From: Octopus vulgaris
Taxonomy: Eukaryota
Direction of reading: 5' to 3'
Assembly (NCBI GenBank): GCA_951406725.2
Contig: OX597827.1
Coordinates: forward strand, 60,450,001 to 60,514,000
DNA length: 64,000 nt
Shown here: positions 63,161 through 64,000 of the stretch, in pieces
Numbering within the stretch: position 1 is the stretch's first letter
Layout: each line of letters opens with the position of its first letter
The notes under the pieces: model-generated
Database searches by the model: none
Told to the model about the DNA's origin: nothing
The model's input: only the letters and a program-made list of their open reading frames with translations
Position numbers and translations under genes: made by a program

Positions 63161-63540
63161 AGTTTCACCCTGGGCACATGCGAGAATTCTTCAACAGTCC
63201 ACAGCAGGCACACCAAGCAATACAAGTTGCTAGATCTGACAAAGATTGAGTCGGTGTCATAATTGCGTGCCTTTCATTGAATTATCTCCTAGTATTTTGT
63301 TACTATTCACAATAAAACGAGGAGCAGCAGGATGTCCATGAGACAGGCTAAATGAGTTGAAAGAGGTCTGCTACCCAACCACATGGTTTCTAGGTGCATG
63401 GAATCTTAGGTGAGTGATTTGTAGTGCTGCTCCTGACTTGACTGAAGCTTTGTGAGTGGATTTGGTAGATAGAAACTGAAAGAGACTATTCATCTATCCA
63501 TCCATGTGTGTGTGTGTGTGTTTCCATCTTGCCATGATAT

Positions 63541-63792
63541 AGAAGCATGGAACAAACTGCCGGCATCAGTTGTTAGCTGTCGGAGCACTGCATCCTTCAA
63601 AACTTCCATGCTTTCTGAGATTTGCCAACACTACACCTGATTTTCTCCCCTCCATACACACACAAGCATGTATCTGACTCATACATTGTCCGCTTTCCAG
63701 ACATTTGTACATTACTGCATATACTTTATACGCACTTTCTGACTAGTTATGGTGCACCTGAGCACTGTATACAATAATTTCATTATTATTAT
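63541..63792 (+). mobile_element. CR1-type LINE 3' end, 5'-truncated
   Basis: Closely matches 43069-43315. Confidence 0.75.
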
Positions 63793-64000
63793 AAATGAAA
63801 TTAAAACTAAAATTCGATTTTATGAACATCAAATACGAAATTTCGCTCCTTTATCACTGACTGAATTGGAGCAACATGAAATGATGTGTTTTACTTTAGG
63901 ATACACTACCTGGTCTGTGAATTGAAACCACGATCTTCCGATTGTGAGCACAATACCTTAAATACGTAGATAAACAACAATGCACTGGAGGTGCTATGAC

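Overview
AT-rich, repeat-dense eukaryotic genomic DNA, most likely from an octopus (inferred from the intronless C2H2 zinc-finger cluster, the SINE families and the huge (TA)n tracts; not verified by search). Genes: three single-exon C2H2 zinc-finger ORFs (6030-6641 +, 13512-14465 +, 23925-24704 -) and a complete 13-coding-exon TRAPPC12/TTC15 gene (40933-59835 +, 885 aa by my splice reconstruction). The rest is mostly mobile DNA: several tRNA-derived SINE families, non-autonomous Helitrons, Merlin-, mariner- and piggyBac-type MITEs, CR1 and RLE-LINE fragments and Penelope-like pieces. Most notable: (1) a canonical minimal hammerhead ribozyme (32547-32588) at the tip of a ~137-nt rod, with a 29-nt antisense copy of its catalytic core just upstream; (2) an L1/Tx1-type element with both ends intact (15101-18310), inserted in a (TTA)n tract, whose ORF2 is an open in-frame fusion of half an AP-endonuclease to the C-terminal zinc domain with the whole reverse transcriptase missing; (3) the 3' end of that element resembles the 3' tail of the commonest SINE here, suggesting a LINE/non-autonomous-LINE/SINE dependency. 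No prokaryotic features, CRISPR arrays, rRNA or true tRNA genes were seen.
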